A DNA stretch of 64,000 nucleotides from Euprymna scolopes. Its lineage: Eukaryota. Shown here piece by piece: positions 61,837-64,000 of this stretch (the stretch's first letter is position 1; each line of letters starts with the position of its first letter). The notes under the pieces are model-generated. The model was not told where the DNA came from. It did no database searches and saw only the letters and a program-made list of their open reading frames with translations. The position numbers and the translations under genes are program-made. The stretch is from NCBI GenBank assembly GCA_053919585.1, contig CM132788.1. One strand, written 5' to 3'.

Positions 61837-61852
61837 ACAATTTGCAGGACAC
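61837..61852 (-). other. 16-bp target motif / TSD, copy 1 (GTGTCCTGCAAATTGT)
   Basis: Directly precedes the B 5' UTR and follows a predicted initiator (GGCA+1GT, A at 61853). Confidence 0.9.
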
Positions 61853-62040
61853 TGCCGACTCGTCTCTAGCCTCCTGCTTTAATAGTTGACGGGAATTATC
61901 CATTTGCATAATCACATGAGAAAGAAACGTGATTTTCCCAGAGTTGCATGGGGGTAAACGCTCATAAAAACCCCCGGACGCCATCTTGGAATTCTCTTTT
62001 CCCCCCAACCGGTGACACAACAGACGTACCCGAGGTAAGC
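61853..62040. promoter_or_regulatory. Putative divergent Pol II promoter module, copy 3 (points into the Tx1 tandem)
   Basis: Minus strand: ATGCAAAT (61909-61902), 17 nt, TATTAAAG (first T 61884), AGTCGGC, CAGT with A at 61853. Plus strand: CATAAAAA (61963), CGCCATCTTGG (61979), GAG|GTAAGC (62035). Confidence 0.6.
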
Positions 62041-62139
62041 TCTTTTTCCCCTCATTTTAGTTATTGCTACTTCTGCTACAACACACCTTCTAGAACGGCA
62101 TTCTCCTCATACTCGTGTCACATCTTTGGTTTTCTGTAG

Positions 62140-62175
<36 letters not shown>

Positions 62176-63579
62176 CAGTGCAAAAAAAAACGTATTGAAT
62201 GTCGGTAGTTCTCTTGATCTACCATTTCAAAAGCTTATATGCTCACAAATGTATGAACTTCTCTGCTGACGTCAACATACAAGATTTGCTGCAGGATTTG
62301 AAGAATAAGAATATAAAACTTTCATAAGGAAGCTGGAAAGACGAAATTTTTTTTAGATAATCCAATTTCTCTGGCAAAACTATTGAAATGGTACTACTTG
62401 GCCTTTTGGTTAGGAGCAAAGTGTAATATCTGTTCTGATACCACACTTCACCTTTTATGTCTGATTTCGGTGGAGAAAAAATCTTTCTAGATTGAGGCAA
62501 TTTTAATTTTTGTTCTTATCCAGAGTGCTTTTTTTTTTTTTTTTAGCTGGTTTTCCCCACATAAAAAAACAACCTTATGTCTAAACCCTCCTGAGGACTC
62601 CAGTAAATAGGAACAGTACTTAATCGTCCAATATCAACGTCCCTCCTTCCACTTCTCATCTTGAGAGGAGGAAGATGGAAGTGTCCCTAAAAACGTCTAC
62701 TTCATATATTAATTGGATCGTTTTCAAATTAAAAAAAATCAATATTTATCAGTTTCATTACATTTCTGACTTGATTTGGAGACACTTTTTAAGCCTGTAG
62801 ACAAACGGCAAAGAAAGTATATTTTAATCATAACATTCTTTAAGATTGGTCTTCAGTGATGCACTGCTCTCATTGCCGATGTTGGGTCTTACACCATATC
62901 AACCCCAACATGCTAGATCGCCTCCTTGAAAGCTATGTTATTTGGGTTGAAATTGCAAAAAATGTTCTGACAATCTTCAGCCTTTCTAACTTTAAGCAAT
63001 TCGCATACTACCTTTTTCCTAGACAATATCAAGTATCTAATAGATCATTGTAAAATGCGTCTACAATCTGCATAGGAGCCATTTTAAAGTAAGTGGCTGT
63101 ATCGTTCTCTCTCAAATAGCTATATATTTAATGGTCTTGCTATTGGAATATTGACTTCAGTCTGATCTGCATTAAATATATAGATTGTAAAGAATCATTT
63201 TATTACAAAACGAGTTCAAATTGAGGCTAGGTAATATTACGTTATTGCATATGAATTAGATGCATTCTCTTAACATGTGTGGCACCTTGTTCACTTTAAA
63301 AAAATTTCAACCTCTTAGGTCACAAAGTTCAATAAGATGTCTTAGTATGGGTACATTTTTTCTGCAAAACCACACGGATTTTTAGTTTTTAAAAAGGACC
63401 TTAGTTTTCAAAAAGCTTCATTTAACACTAAGAACTTTTCTATATGCTCATTTTTGCATATTTTTTTTTTTTTTATCAAAGCCATAGGCTACGGGCAAAC
63501 AGCATGGGCCATTATGAAATGGCCTTTCCCCCATTGATCAGCAGTAAACTGCTAGTCCTATTTTCTATCTCTCCAGGAT

Positions 63580-63680
63580 TTATCTTTTAGTGGTTAGTTT
63601 CAGTCTAATTGCCTGAGGCACCTTAACTGGAGAATGCTGACGAGGTTGCTTAGGCTTTTCTCGGGCCAAAGTTCTTTGTC
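63580..63680 (+). repeat. Unclassified repeat, copy 4 of 4 (degenerate)
   Basis: GCCTGAGGCACCTTAACTGGAGAATGCTGACGAGGTTGCTTAGGCTTTT aligns with the 5.3, 15.8 and 19.7 kb copies. Confidence 0.5.
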
Positions 63681-63921
63681 TAGGGTGCTTGCTCTTCAAT
63701 TCCACTTTCCTACCCTTGTCAAATAATCCTGCCATGGGAAAAAGATAAAGGGCACCTTATGACGAATTCTGAGATTAGTGAAACTGCCGATATTTAAATC
63801 AATGAAATTAAAATTTTCAAATGAATTTCCTTATTTGGTTATTACATTTTCCTCTCCAGCTGCTTTGCTGCATTTTTAAAGTCATAAAATCTTGAACCTT
63901 TGATAGCTTGTAAATACAGCT

Positions 63922-64000
63922 ATATACGGCATAATCATGTTGACACACCGGTTCCTGCTGGATCATCGAAGTTAAGCAACGTTGAACGTGGTCAGTACTA
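63922..64000 (+). mobile_element. 5S-derived SINE head (or 5S pseudogene), cut by the window end
   Basis: ATATACGGCATAATCATGTTGACACACCGGTTCC...GATCATCGAAGTTAAGCAACGTTGAACGTGGTCAGTACTA follows the 5S rRNA 5' two-thirds, with substitutions shared by the other copies. Confidence 0.75.

Noticed and set aside
63922-64000. Functional 5S rRNA gene
   Set aside because: It carries substitutions shared with dispersed, degenerate copies that run into a non-5S body, and there is no tandem rDNA context. It is truncated by the window, so it cannot be fully excluded.

Overview
AT-rich, repeat-dense eukaryotic (animal) DNA with no recognisable host protein-coding gene. The 5S-derived heads and dispersed repeats suggest a mollusc or cephalopod, but that is an impression from memory only. 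The window is dominated by two related Tx1/L1-clade non-LTR retrotransposon families, called A and B here. Two near-full-length copies lie head-to-tail on the minus strand (B 54692-61836, A 48904-54675), and four decayed copies lie on the plus strand in the first 23 kb. The main observation is that the tandem is punctuated at all three junctions by the same 16-bp sequence (GTGTCCTGCAAATTGT, one mismatch in the last copy). That sequence starts one base after a predicted start site located 31 nt downstream of a TATA box. The TATA box belongs to a divergent octamer/TATA/YY1/splice-donor module that recurs three times in the window. The inferred system is a site-specific retrotransposon that stacks itself at a host transcription start site. 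Also present: a Tc1 (DD34E, IR/DR) element inserted in copy B, a decayed BEL/Pao element, a Helitron with intact termini, a 5S rRNA-derived SINE family (one copy with a twin-priming inversion), CR1-like 3' ends, Tc3/mariner/hAT remnants, a Penelope-type hammerhead remnant and an unexplained snRNA/SL-like repeat. Boundaries of decayed elements are approximate, and all alignments were done by eye.
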